NCBI GenBank assembly: GCA_965207735.1
Contig: OZ242296.1
Coordinates: 1,696,001-1,760,000 of the forward strand
From: Candidatus Versatilivorator sp.
Lineage (GTDB): Bacteria; Acidobacteriota; Terriglobia; Versatilivoradales; Versatilivoraceae
Direction: 5' to 3'
Length of the DNA stretch: 64,000 nucleotides
In this document: positions 28,553 to 39,290 of the stretch, piece by piece
How positions within the stretch are numbered: the first letter of the stretch is position 1
Layout of the letters: every line of letters starts with the position of its first letter
Position numbers and translations under genes: made by a program
Notes under the pieces: generated by a model
What the model saw: only the letters and a program-made list of their open reading frames with translations
Database searches by the model: none
Told to the model about the DNA's origin: nothing

Positions 28553-31500
28553 TCAAAAGACGAAGCGGATCCCGAAGCGTGCCGAGACCGGATCCAGGAA
28601 TCGGTCATGCTTGAGGAAGCGCGGGTCCCGGGTCGCGCCCTGCGAAACCGCGATCGCCTGGTAGTCGTAGCCGTCCAGGACTTGCGAAACGGGATCGCCC
28701 GGTTGCCACAGGGGAAGGGACTGGCGGTAGAGGCTCCGAAAGGTCCGCAAGGGCGTCTTTTGATTGAACAGGTTGATGACGTTGAAGTTGATCTCAAGCG
28801 ACCGGGTTTCATCCGAAAAGGGGTGGAAACGCTGGACCAGGGAGAGGTCAGTCTGAGTCCAGGCCGGATTTCTGCCGTCGCTGCCCCGGTTGTCCACCAT
28901 GACGTCCACGTGTTCCAGATCGACTGTCCGGCTGATCGGCGCTCCGCTCATGGCTCGGAAGAATCCTCCGATCTCCATGTCCCACGGCGTGATATAGGTC
29001 CAATGGGCCTTGAGCTGATGGGTTCTGTCGGTGCCCAACGGTCCGTCGATCAGGTTGCCCTTGGAGTCGTAGTTGAGGAACCAGAGATCGAAATCGCGAT
29101 TGACGTTGGGACTGAGACGTCCGTTCTCGTCCGAGCTGCCCAGGCCCGAATAGAGGCCGTGAAGCCTGGAGTTCACGTAGGCGACGTCCGCAAGCCAATT
29201 GTGGCGGAATGCCTTTCGCAAGCGGAATTCGAAGGCGTTGTAAGTCCTCTTGGGTCTGGGTGTGGCCGGAAGGCCGACTTCAACAAACCGGTCGACCGAG
29301 AGGCTCCGTCCCGGGTTGGTGATGTAGTAGGCTTCGCCGGCCGGGGTCTGGCGGCCGACATCCTCGATCGCCTGGTCAAGGTTCTTGCGCGTGTAACGGA
29401 ACGAAACCACATGGTCCGGGGCGGCTTCGTACTCGAATCCGGCCACGGTCCCCGTCATTCGCATGGGCTTGAGATCGGGGTCCAGATCCTCGAACGAGGG
29501 GATACGCCAATTCCTCGTCTCGACGTAGGTTCCCGGATAATTTCCTTGACCCGACAGCCCGCCGATGCGAGTCCAATCGAGCGTACCGTCGTCCATCAGG
29601 TAGTAGTGGCTCAACCACTTGAACCCGCCGAACGATCCCTGGGCCATTTCAAGCTTCATGGCGTCGTAGAACCATCCCCAACTGCCGAACAGCTTCAGTT
29701 TGGCGTTGCCCAGAACGTCATAGGCCAAGCCGGCCCGAGGGGCGACCTTGTCAGGGAAGTTCCACCTGAACACCGCTCCGGAAAATTCCGGAAGATCGCT
29801 GAAGGACGGAATCTCCTCGCGCTCGAAGCGCAGCCCGAGATTTAGGGTGAGTGCACCGCCAATGGTCCAAGCATCCTGAACGAAAAGGGAATGCCGGTGG
29901 GTGCCGGCGTTGGCCACTACGCCGAACGGCATCCGCACTTCGTAGTAGCCGCAGGGATCGTAGACATCGCCGTTGGGCCCGGTGCAGGTGCTGGTGCGAA
30001 CAGTCCCGTCCACCATGTTGTAGGGTCGGGTGTAGTTGTAGAGGACATAGTCGAACTTGTAGGCATCGTTGATATCGTGTGCGAGCCCGTTGAACTGCCA
30101 GCCAAACCGCAGGTTGTGTTGCCCGCCCGCCCGGGTCACATAGCTCCCGCTCAGAGATAGGGTGCTCTTCTTCTGAAAATCCTGAGACGTGTTGAAGCTT
30201 GCACCATGTCCGATGGTGGAAAAACCACGGGGGCGGTACAAGGCGTCATCCGGCGAGTATCCGATCAGTCCCGGCGACTCGGGGAACCGGTGACGCACCT
30301 GATCCGGGCCGAGCAATTGTTCGGTCTGAATGGCATTTAGTCCCCACCGGGCGTCCACCGCCAGGAATGGGCTGAAGCTGATCATGGCGGCTCCCGTGAG
30401 GGTGTAGCCGGGGTATTCGAAGCCCTCTTCGGCCCATTCGAAAGCTGGGTTGGAAGTCCCGTCGAGATGGGGCAGCCCGCCCTTCCAGTGCAACCGGTCG
30501 GTCACCGCCGATGCCATCAACCTGACTTTCTCGACGGGTTGGAAATCGATCTTGACCGGAATGCTGCGAAACCGCTCCTTGCGCTGAAATTGCCCGGCTT
30601 CTCCCGAGGTAAAGGTGACCGAGCGCGTCCGATTCCGGAGTTCCGACAGGAATCCTCCGAAGAACCAGGCCCGGTCTCGCCAGAGAGGACCGCCCAGAGT
30701 GAAGCCGAATTCGTGAGTCAGGTCGCCGTCTTCCGGATCGAAGACATATTCGGCCAGGTCCACCGACTGAGTGGGATCGAGCCTCAGGCGCTTGCTCGGC
30801 CTGCCTGTCAGCGCGCTTCCGCTGCCGTACCAGAGGAGACTGCCGTGAAATTCATTGGAACCGCTCCGAGTTCGAGCACTGAGTACACCCCCCATGGCGC
30901 CCCCGAATTCCGCTTCGTATCCGGCGGTCTTCAACTGGAACTCCTCCACGGTTTCGACACGCAGCTTCTGGTTGTTCAGCCCGTTGTACATGCTGGTGGT
31001 ATCGACGCCGTCCACGTAAAAGACGTTCTCGGCTCCAGAGGAACCGTCGACCGAGATCCCATGGACACCCTGTCCTCTATAGGTCACGTTTCCCGACAGG
31101 GCTTCGATGTTGACGCTCGGCGCGAAGCGGGCGTAGTCGGTGAAGTCTCGCCCACCGGCAGCGTTGGTCAGCCCCTCACCCGTGTAGACCGAGGCTGCCT
31201 CACTCTTGAAGGTATCGATTGCGGCCCCGCCTGCCTCCACCACGATGGTGCTTTCCACGCGGCCGACCTCAAGGGCCATCTCAACGGAGAAACTGCGACC
31301 GACCTGGACGACGACCTCTTCCTTCACCGCGGTCTGGAATCCCGGGCAACGGGCGACTATGGTGTAGGTCCCGGGGGAAAGACTGTTGTTGATGATCAGG
31401 CCCTGACTATTGGAAACGCTGAAGACCGGCCGGATCAATGTCGAACCTCTGAACTCGACTTCGGCTCCGGGGATGAGGCCGCCGCTGGGGTCGGTGAGGA

Positions 31501-31600
31501 TGACGCGGAGTCCCCCGACCTGCTGCTGCCCGACCATGGGAACCCCCATGGCGGTCAGGCAGATCACGACGCCGGCGACGATCCAACGCCTGTTGCACAT
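28553..31600 (-). CDS. TonB-dependent receptor, Oar-like, with carboxypeptidase-regulatory-like N-domain
   Basis: TDPSGGLIPGAEV, ENVFYVDG, TRSGSNEFHGS and TLNLGLRFE motifs; C-terminal FGIRFVF. Confidence 0.9.
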   Translation of the reverse strand: MCNRRWIVAGVVICLTAMGVPMVGQQQVGGLRVILTDPSGGLIPGAEVEFRGSTLIRPVFSVSNSQGLIINNSLSPGTYTIVARCPGFQTAVKEEVVVQVGRSFSVEMALEVGRVESTIVVEAGGAAIDTFKSEAASVYTGEGLTNAAGGRDFTDYARFAPSVNIEALSGNVTYRGQGVHGISVDGSSGAENVFYVDGVDTTSMYNGLNNQKLRVETVEEFQLKTAGYEAEFGGAMGGVLSARTRSGSNEFHGSLLWYGSGSALTGRPSKRLRLDPTQSVDLAEYVFDPEDGDLTHEFGFTLGGPLWRDRAWFFGGFLSELRNRTRSVTFTSGEAGQFQRKERFRSIPVKIDFQPVEKVRLMASAVTDRLHWKGGLPHLDGTSNPAFEWAEEGFEYPGYTLTGAAMISFSPFLAVDARWGLNAIQTEQLLGPDQVRHRFPESPGLIGYSPDDALYRPRGFSTIGHGASFNTSQDFQKKSTLSLSGSYVTRAGGQHNLRFGWQFNGLAHDINDAYKFDYVLYNYTRPYNMVDGTVRTSTCTGPNGDVYDPCGYYEVRMPFGVVANAGTHRHSLFVQDAWTIGGALTLNLGLRFEREEIPSFSDLPEFSGAVFRWNFPDKVAPRAGLAYDVLGNAKLKLFGSWGWFYDAMKLEMAQGSFGGFKWLSHYYLMDDGTLDWTRIGGLSGQGNYPGTYVETRNWRIPSFEDLDPDLKPMRMTGTVAGFEYEAAPDHVVSFRYTRKNLDQAIEDVGRQTPAGEAYYITNPGRSLSVDRFVEVGLPATPRPKRTYNAFEFRLRKAFRHNWLADVAYVNSRLHGLYSGLGSSDENGRLSPNVNRDFDLWFLNYDSKGNLIDGPLGTDRTHQLKAHWTYITPWDMEIGGFFRAMSGAPISRTVDLEHVDVMVDNRGSDGRNPAWTQTDLSLVQRFHPFSDETRSLEINFNVINLFNQKTPLRTFRSLYRQSLPLWQPGDPVSQVLDGYDYQAIAVSQGATRDPRFLKHDRFLDPVSARFGIRFVF

Positions 31601-31622
31601 GCAGACTCCGCGATCCGTCGTT

Positions 31623-32651
31623 CTAGGCGAAACAGGACCGGGCGACTTGCACGGCCTCTTCCACGTCTTGGCGGGAGATATCCAGGTGGGTGACGGCACG
31701 CAAGCGGTATGGACCAGGCTGGCTGACTCGCACACCCTGCTCCAGCAGTCGGCCAAGCACTGCCGACGCCGGCTCCGACACTTCGAACATCACGATGTTG
31801 GTTTCAACCTCGTCCGGGTCCACGGTAACACCGGGAATTTCCGCCAGTCCCTCGGCCAGGACCCTGGCGTTGGCGTGGTCTTCGGCCAGACGCTCGATGT
31901 GGTTCTCCAGGGCGTAGAGCGCCCCGGCGGCAATGATTCCGGCCTGCCGCATGGCCCCTCCCAGGCGCTGCTTCCACACCCAGGCTTCCTCGATCAGCTC
32001 CCGGCGCGCCGCCAGGACGGCTCCTACCGGTGCTCCCAATCCCTTGCTGAAATCCACCCAGACGGTGTCGAAAGGGGCCGCGAAGTCGCGGGCCGGCGTC
32101 CCGGTGGCTACCACGGCGTTGAACAGGCGAGCCCCGTCCATATGAAGGATGAGGCCGTGCTCGCGGGCGACCGCGGCCACATCTCTAATAGCCTGGACGG
32201 GCCAGGGAGTCCCTCCCCCGGAATTGGAGGTCTGCTCGATGGAAACCGCCCGTGTGCAGGGCGCATAGCGGTTCAGCGGCCGGATGGCCGCTCTGACCTG
32301 CTCGGCGCTGAAAACTCCCCGTCGAGCCTCCAGGCCGGTGGGGATGGCGCTGGAGAGTGCCGCCAGTCCTCCCGCTTCCGAGATCAGGGGATGGGCCGTG
32401 CGATGCAGCAGCACCTCGTCTCCCGGGCGGCAGTGGATCCTGAAGGCGATCTGGTTGCACATGGTGCCCGAAGGCAGATAGAGCCCTGCCTCCTTGCCCA
32501 GCAGCTCGGCCACCCTATCCTGCAGCCGATTGACGGTCGGATCTTCAAACTTTTGCTCATCCCCGACCTCGGCCTCGGACATGGCTTTCCGCATGGGCGT
32601 CGTCGGCTTGGTAACGGTGTCGCTGTAGAGGTCTATTTTGATTGGCGGCAT
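31623..32651 (-). CDS. ltaE: Low-specificity L-threonine aldolase
   Basis: [32 protein letters not shown] and GGAMRQAG motifs. Confidence 0.88.
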   Translation of the reverse strand: MPPIKIDLYSDTVTKPTTPMRKAMSEAEVGDEQKFEDPTVNRLQDRVAELLGKEAGLYLPSGTMCNQIAFRIHCRPGDEVLLHRTAHPLISEAGGLAALSSAIPTGLEARRGVFSAEQVRAAIRPLNRYAPCTRAVSIEQTSNSGGGTPWPVQAIRDVAAVAREHGLILHMDGARLFNAVVATGTPARDFAAPFDTVWVDFSKGLGAPVGAVLAARRELIEEAWVWKQRLGGAMRQAGIIAAGALYALENHIERLAEDHANARVLAEGLAEIPGVTVDPDEVETNIVMFEVSEPASAVLGRLLEQGVRVSQPGPYRLRAVTHLDISRQDVEEAVQVARSCFA

Positions 32652-32882
32652 GATGGTTCGCTCCTGTCGTTAAGATCCGCCTATTATCCATGATTCATTC
32701 ACCGGCAGACACGGAATTTGCTCGTTTGTTCCACGTGAACCGACGCTGGCGGAGGGACAGCTTCCCTCTCAAGCCACCAGCCCGCCCGGCAGCCCCAATC
32801 TGGTATAATTCGAGCTCTTCTGAAGGTCCCAATCAATTGCGATTCGGGAGCTTCGGTCGGGCTACCTCCCTCCCGGAAGCGG

Positions 32883-33521
32883 ATGTCCATCGACGAGATT
32901 CGAGAACGCTACAGCCAGGCAGGCCTGAGCGAAACGGACCTGAACCCCGATCCGATCCTGCAGTTCGAGCAGTGGTTTCAGGATGCCGGCGCTGCCGGGG
33001 TCTTCGAGCCGAGCGCGGCCTGCCTGGCGACGGCCAACCCTGAGGCCGAGCCTTCAGCCCGCATGGTGCTGCTGAAAGGCGTGGAGTCCCGCGGATTCAT
33101 TTTCTTCACCAACTACGGGAGCCCCAAGGCCCGGGACCTGGCAGAGAACCCTCGAGCAGCCCTGGTGGTGGCCTGGGTGGAGCTGGCCCGTCAGATCCGC
33201 ATCTCCGGAAGGGTTGAGCCAATCTCCCGGGAGGAATCGCTCCGCTACTTCGAGAGCCGGGTGGCCGGCAGCCGGCTCAGCGCCTGGGCCTCTCACCAGA
33301 GCCAGGTGATCGACAGCCGCCAGGTGCTGGAAGAACGAATGCGGGACTTCCAGGCCCGATTCGGCGACGACGACATTCCCCTGCCCCCCTTCTGGGGAGG
33401 GTATTGCCTCTCCCCTCGCCAGATCGAATTCTGGCAAGGCCGCCCCGACCGGCTGAACGACCGGCTGCGCTACCGCCGCCAGGGAAAAGCCCAGTGGGTC
33501 GTGGAAAGACTGGCGCCCTGA
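32883..33521 (+). CDS. pdxH: Pyridoxamine 5'-phosphate oxidase
   Basis: RMVLLK, FFTNYGSPK, WGGY, IEFWQGR..RL.DR and ERLAP motifs. Confidence 0.95.
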   Translation: MSIDEIRERYSQAGLSETDLNPDPILQFEQWFQDAGAAGVFEPSAACLATANPEAEPSARMVLLKGVESRGFIFFTNYGSPKARDLAENPRAALVVAWVELARQIRISGRVEPISREESLRYFESRVAGSRLSAWASHQSQVIDSRQVLEERMRDFQARFGDDDIPLPPFWGGYCLSPRQIEFWQGRPDRLNDRLRYRRQGKAQWVVERLAP

Positions 33522-33601
33522 GCCCTAGCCACAGGCAGAGGTCTGAAAACCATGAACAGCTACCGTATGGAACTGTGGAGACTCTTTCTGGAGAACTACC
33601 C

Positions 33602-34312
33602 ATGAAGACAATCGTGCTGACGTGTGCCCTCTTTGCTTCTTTTGCCAACCTGCTGGCCGACTCGATCCAGACTGCCGAGGGAGAGCTCAAGATCACCCCT
33701 GTGACTCACGGCAGCCTGATGCTGGAGTTCAAGGGCAAGGTCATCCACACCGATCCTTGGGGCCGGGGAGACTATACCGGATTGCCCAAGGCTGACCTGA
33801 TCCTCATCACCGACATTCATGGTGACCACTTGGATCCAGCTCAGGTGAAGAAACTGAAGAAGAGCGGAACCCAAATCGTAGCTCCGCAGGCTGTAGCCCA
33901 GACCGTGACCGAGGCCGTGGTGCTGCATAACGGCCAGAAAAAGGTGGTGGCCGGCCTGGAGATCGAAGCCGTCCCCATGTACAACCACAAGCGGGGGCCC
34001 AGCCCAGGCAAGCTCTACCACGACAAGGGTAGAGGCAACGGCTACGTGTTGACCCTGGGAGATAAGAGAGTCTATGTCTCGGGCGACACCGCCTGCATTT
34101 CGGAGATGAAGTCCCTGACCGACATCGACATCGCCTTCGTCACCATGAACCTGCCCTACACCATGCCTCCCGAGGAAGCAGCCGAGTGCGTCAAAGCCTT
34201 CAAGCCAAAGATTGTCTACCCCTACCACTACCGAGGCTCCGACCTGAGCGTGTTCACTCGAGCCCTGGAGTCTCACCCGGATATCGAAGTCAGGATCCGG
34301 GACTGGTACTGA
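33602..34312 (+). CDS. MBL-fold metallo-hydrolase
   Basis: LITDIHGDHLD, VYVSGDT and YPYHY motifs plus a signal peptide. Confidence 0.85.
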   Translation: MKTIVLTCALFASFANLLADSIQTAEGELKITPVTHGSLMLEFKGKVIHTDPWGRGDYTGLPKADLILITDIHGDHLDPAQVKKLKKSGTQIVAPQAVAQTVTEAVVLHNGQKKVVAGLEIEAVPMYNHKRGPSPGKLYHDKGRGNGYVLTLGDKRVYVSGDTACISEMKSLTDIDIAFVTMNLPYTMPPEEAAECVKAFKPKIVYPYHYRGSDLSVFTRALESHPDIEVRIRDWY

Positions 34313-34346
34313 GGCCTTACTTTCGCAATGGAGCCGTATTGAGAAT

Positions 34347-34646
34347 TCAGGTGTGAACGTGTTCGTTCTTAAGCATCGGCAGGGTGTTGATCGTCTTGCC
34401 GGCTTTCTTCTCGGCAAGGCGCAGCTCATAGAGCTTTTGCAGATTGAGCCAGAATTCCGCACTGGTGCCGAAGAAGTGGGCCAGGCGCAGGGCCGTATCG
34501 CCGGTGATGGCCCGACGGCCGTTTAGAATCTGGGTGATGCGGTTCGTAGGCACCTGGAGCTGGCGTGCAAGGGCGGTCGCGCTCATATGGAGCTCTTTCA
34601 GTTCTTCGGCGAGATGTTCGCCGGGATGGATTGCGGGCACGGCCAT
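34347..34646 (-). CDS. higA: HigA family antitoxin (solitary)
   Basis: IHPGEHL, RITQILNGRRAITGDTALRL and FWLNLQ motifs. Confidence 0.9.
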   Translation of the reverse strand: MAVPAIHPGEHLAEELKELHMSATALARQLQVPTNRITQILNGRRAITGDTALRLAHFFGTSAEFWLNLQKLYELRLAEKKAGKTINTLPMLKNEHVHT

Positions 34647-34670
34647 TGCAGTTCTCCTAGTGAAAATATG

Positions 34671-34709
34671 CGTTACGTCAAGAGTAACGGCCAACATAGC
34701 CAGTGTCAA
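34671..34709 (-). promoter_or_regulatory. higA promoter with inverted-repeat operator
   Basis: Minus strand reads TTGACA-N17-TACTCT. The inverted repeat CGTTAC-N7-GTAACG (34671-34689) overlaps the -10. Confidence 0.65.
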
Positions 34710-35056
34710 CAGCAGCTGGATGGCGGGGCATGTGCGCTACGGGGCTTTCCGGATTGATGATTGACGACAAAAGGGGTTACCTTGTCGGTGGATCTGGAAC
34801 TTCGGGTTAGTAGACCTGTGGACCCGGATCCAATAGACACCCTGCCTCTCAATGAGAGGAATTCGGTCCAGCACCGGAAAGCCCTTACCCTGTTTCAAAC
34901 TGCCGGAAGCTACGGCAAGTTGTCGCACGGACCTGTCGAGTTCAGAGGCAGTTAACCATTGGGAATGGGAATCGGCTAAAGTACAATGAGCCCGGGGTGA
35001 AACCGGCGGCGGCATGGCGAGATTCAATGGCTGGGCCAGCCGCTCGGAAAGAGACC

Positions 35057-35683
35057 ATGGGCGTCGACCGCAACCGGCATATTAGCTACCAAATCGGTGA
35101 TTCTCCCTTGGGGCGGCTGTTGATTGCGGCCAGCTCGAAGGGGTTGTGCGGGCTGATGTGGGGAGAACAGGATCGGAAGCTTCTGGAGGCCCTGGAGAGG
35201 CGCTTTGGGCCGCCTACCCTCCGCCCCGGACTGGAGAAACCCCAACGGTGGTTCGAACCCGTCAATCGATTTCTCGGGGGAGAGCCCGTCGACCTTTCCT
35301 TCCCGCTCGACCCGGGGGGAACACCGTTTCAGCAAACCGTCTGGCGCCGGCTCCAGGAGATTCCGCTCGGGCGGACCCTGACCTATGCAGGACTGGCGAA
35401 GGCTTTGGGCAATCCGGGCGGAGTCCGGGCAGTGGCCGGGGCTTGCGCTTCCAATCCGGTGGCGCTCGTCATTCCGTGCCACCGAATCGTCCGTAGCGAC
35501 GGCGGATTGGGAGGCTATCGCTGGGGGCTGCAGCGGAAGCAGAGACTGCTGAGCCTGGAAGCCTCCATGGTGGCAGGCGGCCACTGGAATCTGACCGCAC
35601 CCGCCGGACCGGAGCGGGCAGAGGCCGCACTCCGGCATCCTCATCCGGAGCATCGCCCTTCGCAGGAGAGCGGCAATCCTTGA
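35057..35683 (+). CDS. ogt: Methylated-DNA-protein-cysteine methyltransferase
   Basis: GTPFQQTVW, RAVAGAC, IPCHR and GGYRWG motifs. Confidence 0.88.
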   Translation: MGVDRNRHISYQIGDSPLGRLLIAASSKGLCGLMWGEQDRKLLEALERRFGPPTLRPGLEKPQRWFEPVNRFLGGEPVDLSFPLDPGGTPFQQTVWRRLQEIPLGRTLTYAGLAKALGNPGGVRAVAGACASNPVALVIPCHRIVRSDGGLGGYRWGLQRKQRLLSLEASMVAGGHWNLTAPAGPERAEAALRHPHPEHRPSQESGNP

Positions 35684-35749
35684 CCGGTGGCACCACCCCT
35701 TTCATGACAACCGGAAAAATCCCTGAAATTCGAACAGGAGGTTAGATCC

Positions 35750-36796
35750 ATGGCATCGGCCATTCGCATCGGCATCGTTGGCGCGGGAGACAACACCCGC
35801 GTGCGTCACATTCCAGGACTGCAGGCCCAGGAGGGCGTCGAGATCGTCTCCGTCTGCAACCGCAGCCAGGCCTCCAGTCAACGAGTGGCCCGGGAGTTCG
35901 GCATCCCCACCATTCACGACAACTGGCGGGAGCTGGTCGCCTCTGACGGGATCGACGCCGTGGTGATCGGCACCTGGCCCTATCTCCACTGCCCCATCAC
36001 CCTGGCGGCCCTGGAGGCCGGCAAGCACGTGATGACCGAGGCCCGCATGGCCATGGACGCCGGCCAGGCCCGGCTGATGCTGGAGGAGTCTCAGGCCAAC
36101 CCTCACCTGGTCACCCAGATCGTTCCCTCTCCCATCACCTTGAGGGTGGACGGCATGATCCGGAAGCTGGTGGCCGAAGGCTACCTGGGAGAGATCCTGG
36201 CGGTGGAGGTCACCAGCAACGCCAACAGCTTCGTGGACCGATCCGGCCCGCTGCACTGGCGCCACGATCGCAACCTGAGCGGCTTCAACATTCTGGCCAT
36301 GGGGATCTGGTATGAAGCCCTGATGCGGTGGGTGGGAGAAGCCGTAGAGGTGATGGCCATGACCCAGGTCAACGTCACCCAGCGCGGCACCCCTGAGGGC
36401 GTGCTGCAGACCATCACCATCCCCGACCACGTGGATATCCTGGCCAAGATGGCCTGCGGGGCCCAGGCGCGATTGCAATTCAGCGCGGTGACCGGCTTGG
36501 CGGCCTCTATCTCCAGGACCTGGCTGTTCGGCAGCGAAGGCACCCTCTGCTACGATCTGGACGCCGACGAGCTGTCAGGTGGAAAGCGAGGGGACGGCGA
36601 TCTCGCGCCGATCGCCATTCCGGCTGAACTGGAAGGAGACTGGCGGGTGGAGGAGGAGTTCATCAATGCCATCCGCGGCGAGGAAAAAATCTCTCACACC
36701 ACCTTCGAGGATGGCCTCAAGTACATGCAGTTTACGGAAGCGGTGACTCGCAGCGCCCGGTCCGGCGTGTCGGTTTCGGTACAGGATATGGGCTGA
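35750..36796 (+). CDS. Gfo/Idh/MocA oxidoreductase
   Basis: IGIVGAG and AGKHVMTEARMA motifs; AGGAGG RBS. Confidence 0.85.
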   Translation: MASAIRIGIVGAGDNTRVRHIPGLQAQEGVEIVSVCNRSQASSQRVAREFGIPTIHDNWRELVASDGIDAVVIGTWPYLHCPITLAALEAGKHVMTEARMAMDAGQARLMLEESQANPHLVTQIVPSPITLRVDGMIRKLVAEGYLGEILAVEVTSNANSFVDRSGPLHWRHDRNLSGFNILAMGIWYEALMRWVGEAVEVMAMTQVNVTQRGTPEGVLQTITIPDHVDILAKMACGAQARLQFSAVTGLAASISRTWLFGSEGTLCYDLDADELSGGKRGDGDLAPIAIPAELEGDWRVEEEFINAIRGEEKISHTTFEDGLKYMQFTEAVTRSARSGVSVSVQDMG

Positions 36797-36863
36797 CCCT
36801 GACCGGCACCCCCGGGACGGACCGCTGTCAGCAGGGCTGTGCCTCAGACCAACAAGCAATGAT

Positions 36864-36954
36864 ATTGTAGATTGCGGATTTCTGATTGTTGATTGGAGAG
36901 TTACGGAACCTGACTTTTCCCCAAATCCACAATCTACAATCCGCAATCTACAAT
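36864..36954. repeat. Inverted pair of heptamer arrays forming a long hairpin
   Basis: Left arm ATTGTAG ATTGCGG ATTTCTG ATTGTTG ATTGGAG; right arm AATCCAC AATCTAC AATCCGC AATCTAC AAT; between convergent genes. Confidence 0.85.
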
Positions 36955-37011
36955 GAATTTCATGATCCGAAACCCGGACTCATCCGTCAATCTTGTTTCG
37001 GCTCGAGACAT

Positions 37012-38223
37012 CTACCCCCGGCCAGGGCCCGCCTCGGCCACCAGCCGTGCCGTCTCGCGGGCGATCACCAGCTCTTCATTGGCCAGAATGACCAGGACTG
37101 AAACCTGGGACCCGTCGGCGGAAATCACCGCGTCCCTGCCCCGCACCTGGTTCCCAGCGGGGTCGATCCGAATGCCCAGATACTCCAGGCCCTGGCAGAC
37201 GGATTGTCGGATCCGGATGCCGTTCTCGCCGATTCCTCCCGTAAAGGCCAGAATATCCAGGCCTTCCAGCACCGCGGAATAGGCGCCGATGTACTTCCTG
37301 GTTTCGTGCACCAGCACCTCCAGGGCCAGCTTGGCCCGGGGGTTCCCCCCCGTTGCCGCTTCCTCCAGGTCCCGCACGTCCCCGCTCAATCCCGAGATTC
37401 CCTTGAGCCCTCCCCGCTGGGAAAGGCCCTCCCGCACCTGGTCCACGCTCAGGCCCTCCTCCTGCATGAGATAGAGCGGAACAAAGGGATCCAGATCGCC
37501 GTTGCGAGTAGCGTGGGACAGGCCCGCCTGGGGTGAGAAACCCATGCTGGTTTCAATGGACCGGCCGTTCCTGATGGCGCAGATGCTGGCGCTGCCGCCC
37601 ATGTGGCAGGAGATGACTCTCAGGTCTTCGCCCGAGCGCCCGGCCAGCTCAGGGGCTCGCCAGGAGATGTAGCGATGGGAGGCGCCGTGAAACCCGTAGC
37701 GCTGAATGGCGTGTTTCTCGGCCCACTCATAGGGGATCCCGTAGGTTCTGGCGTAGTCGGGAATGGTCTTGTGAAAGGCGGCTTCGAACACCCCCACCAG
37801 GGTCTTGTCGGGCAGAAGCTGCTGGAAGATGCGGAAGGCCTCGATGTAGGGAGGATTGTGGGCCGGAGCCAGGAAGATGTAGTCCTCCATGGCCCGGATG
37901 ACCTCGTCGGTCACCACCACCGAATCGGCAATGCCCTTGGCGTGAACCGGCTTGAAGCCGATGGCGTCGAGTTCCTGCAGGCTGGTCAGGACCTTGGCCG
38001 CCGGGTCGGTCAGGATCTCGAGCACCTGCTCGATGGCCGCGCGGTGGTCGGGGGCCCGTATTTCCCTTTCCTGCTTTGGACCGTCGCCCAACTGGTAGCT
38101 CAGCGGCGAACGGGGGCTGCCCACCCGCTCGACCTTGCCCACCGCAGCCACCGATTCATCGTCCATCTGGAACAGCCGGAACTTCAACGAAGTGGATCCG
38201 ACGTTGACGACCAGAATCTTCAT
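37012..38223 (-). CDS. ackA: Acetate/propionate kinase
   Basis: ILVVNVGSTSLK, APAHNP, RYGFHGASH, TSMGFSP and FTGGIGEN motifs. Confidence 0.9.
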   Translation of the reverse strand: MKILVVNVGSTSLKFRLFQMDDESVAAVGKVERVGSPRSPLSYQLGDGPKQEREIRAPDHRAAIEQVLEILTDPAAKVLTSLQELDAIGFKPVHAKGIADSVVVTDEVIRAMEDYIFLAPAHNPPYIEAFRIFQQLLPDKTLVGVFEAAFHKTIPDYARTYGIPYEWAEKHAIQRYGFHGASHRYISWRAPELAGRSGEDLRVISCHMGGSASICAIRNGRSIETSMGFSPQAGLSHATRNGDLDPFVPLYLMQEEGLSVDQVREGLSQRGGLKGISGLSGDVRDLEEAATGGNPRAKLALEVLVHETRKYIGAYSAVLEGLDILAFTGGIGENGIRIRQSVCQGLEYLGIRIDPAGNQVRGRDAVISADGSQVSVLVILANEELVIARETARLVAEAGPGRG

Positions 38224-38253
38224 GACGGTTTCAAACGCCCTTTCCGATCCGGC

Positions 38254-39174
38254 TCAGCCCGCGGAGCCGCCCGCGGCCTTGCCGACCAGAACGGCCAGAG
38301 CGATGGATCGAATCTTGGTTTCGGGAGTCTCGGCCCGGGACAACAGGATGAGCGGAGCCCGGGCTCCCAGGACGATGCCCCCCGATTCTCCCCCGGCAAA
38401 GTAGAGAATGGCACGATAGAGGATGTTGGCTGCCTCGATATCGGGGGCCAGGAATATGTCGGTGGCTTCCACCAGCGGGCTGTCGATGCCCTTTCGCTCG
38501 GCGGCAAACCGGCTCAAGGGAGAATCCAGGGCAATGGGACCTTCGATGTAGGCTCCCGAGATCTGTCCGCGGCGATTCATCAGGGTCAAGCCGGCCGCAT
38601 CCAGCGTCGCCCCCATCTCGGGATTGACGAACTCCAGGGCGCAGAGCACGGCCAGGTTGGGTTTGGATACGCCGATGGCGTGAGCCACTTCTATGGCGTT
38701 GCGGCAGATCTCGGCTTTTTGAGCCAGGTTGGGAGCGATATTGATGGCGGCGTCGGTCATGACCATCAGCCGCCGGATTCCCGGCACCTGGAAGACGATC
38801 ACCTGGCTCAGCAGCCGCCCGGTGCGAAGGCCGGCCTCTCTGTCAAGCACTGCACGGACCAGGGTCGAAGTGTTGATCTTGCCCTTCATCAGCAGGCTGG
38901 CCCGGCCTTCCCGAATCAGGCCGATGGCTTTCCTTGCCGCCTGGGCCTGGTCGGGCTCGTGGATCAACTGATCGGGAGCCAGCTCCAGTCCGACCTTTTC
39001 GACCATGGGTTCCATCCTGGACCGATCGCCCACCAGGATGCCTTGGGCCAGACCCATGGACTGGGCCTGCTTGAGCGCTTGCAGCACATCCGGATCCTGG
39101 CCGCAGGCCACCGCGATGCCGGCAGGCCCCTCGCTGATGGCCGCGGCTACCAGTTCATCCAGGCTCTTGACCAT
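38254..39174 (-). CDS. ptb: Phosphate butyryl/acetyltransferase
   Basis: LMKGK, TDAAINIAP, EGPIALD, PDIEAANIL and LLSRA motifs. Confidence 0.82.
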   Translation of the reverse strand: MVKSLDELVAAAISEGPAGIAVACGQDPDVLQALKQAQSMGLAQGILVGDRSRMEPMVEKVGLELAPDQLIHEPDQAQAARKAIGLIREGRASLLMKGKINTSTLVRAVLDREAGLRTGRLLSQVIVFQVPGIRRLMVMTDAAINIAPNLAQKAEICRNAIEVAHAIGVSKPNLAVLCALEFVNPEMGATLDAAGLTLMNRRGQISGAYIEGPIALDSPLSRFAAERKGIDSPLVEATDIFLAPDIEAANILYRAILYFAGGESGGIVLGARAPLILLSRAETPETKIRSIALAVLVGKAAGGSAG

Positions 39175-39290
39175 GGAAAGAAGCCTCCTTTAATGCATCC
39201 TCGGGAGCGGACCGATGGCGGTCCTCCGGCCTCCGCGGCTCGCTCCCCGCCTGAAGTCGCCCCGTCCCCTACAGCCGTCCGGAAGTAGCC

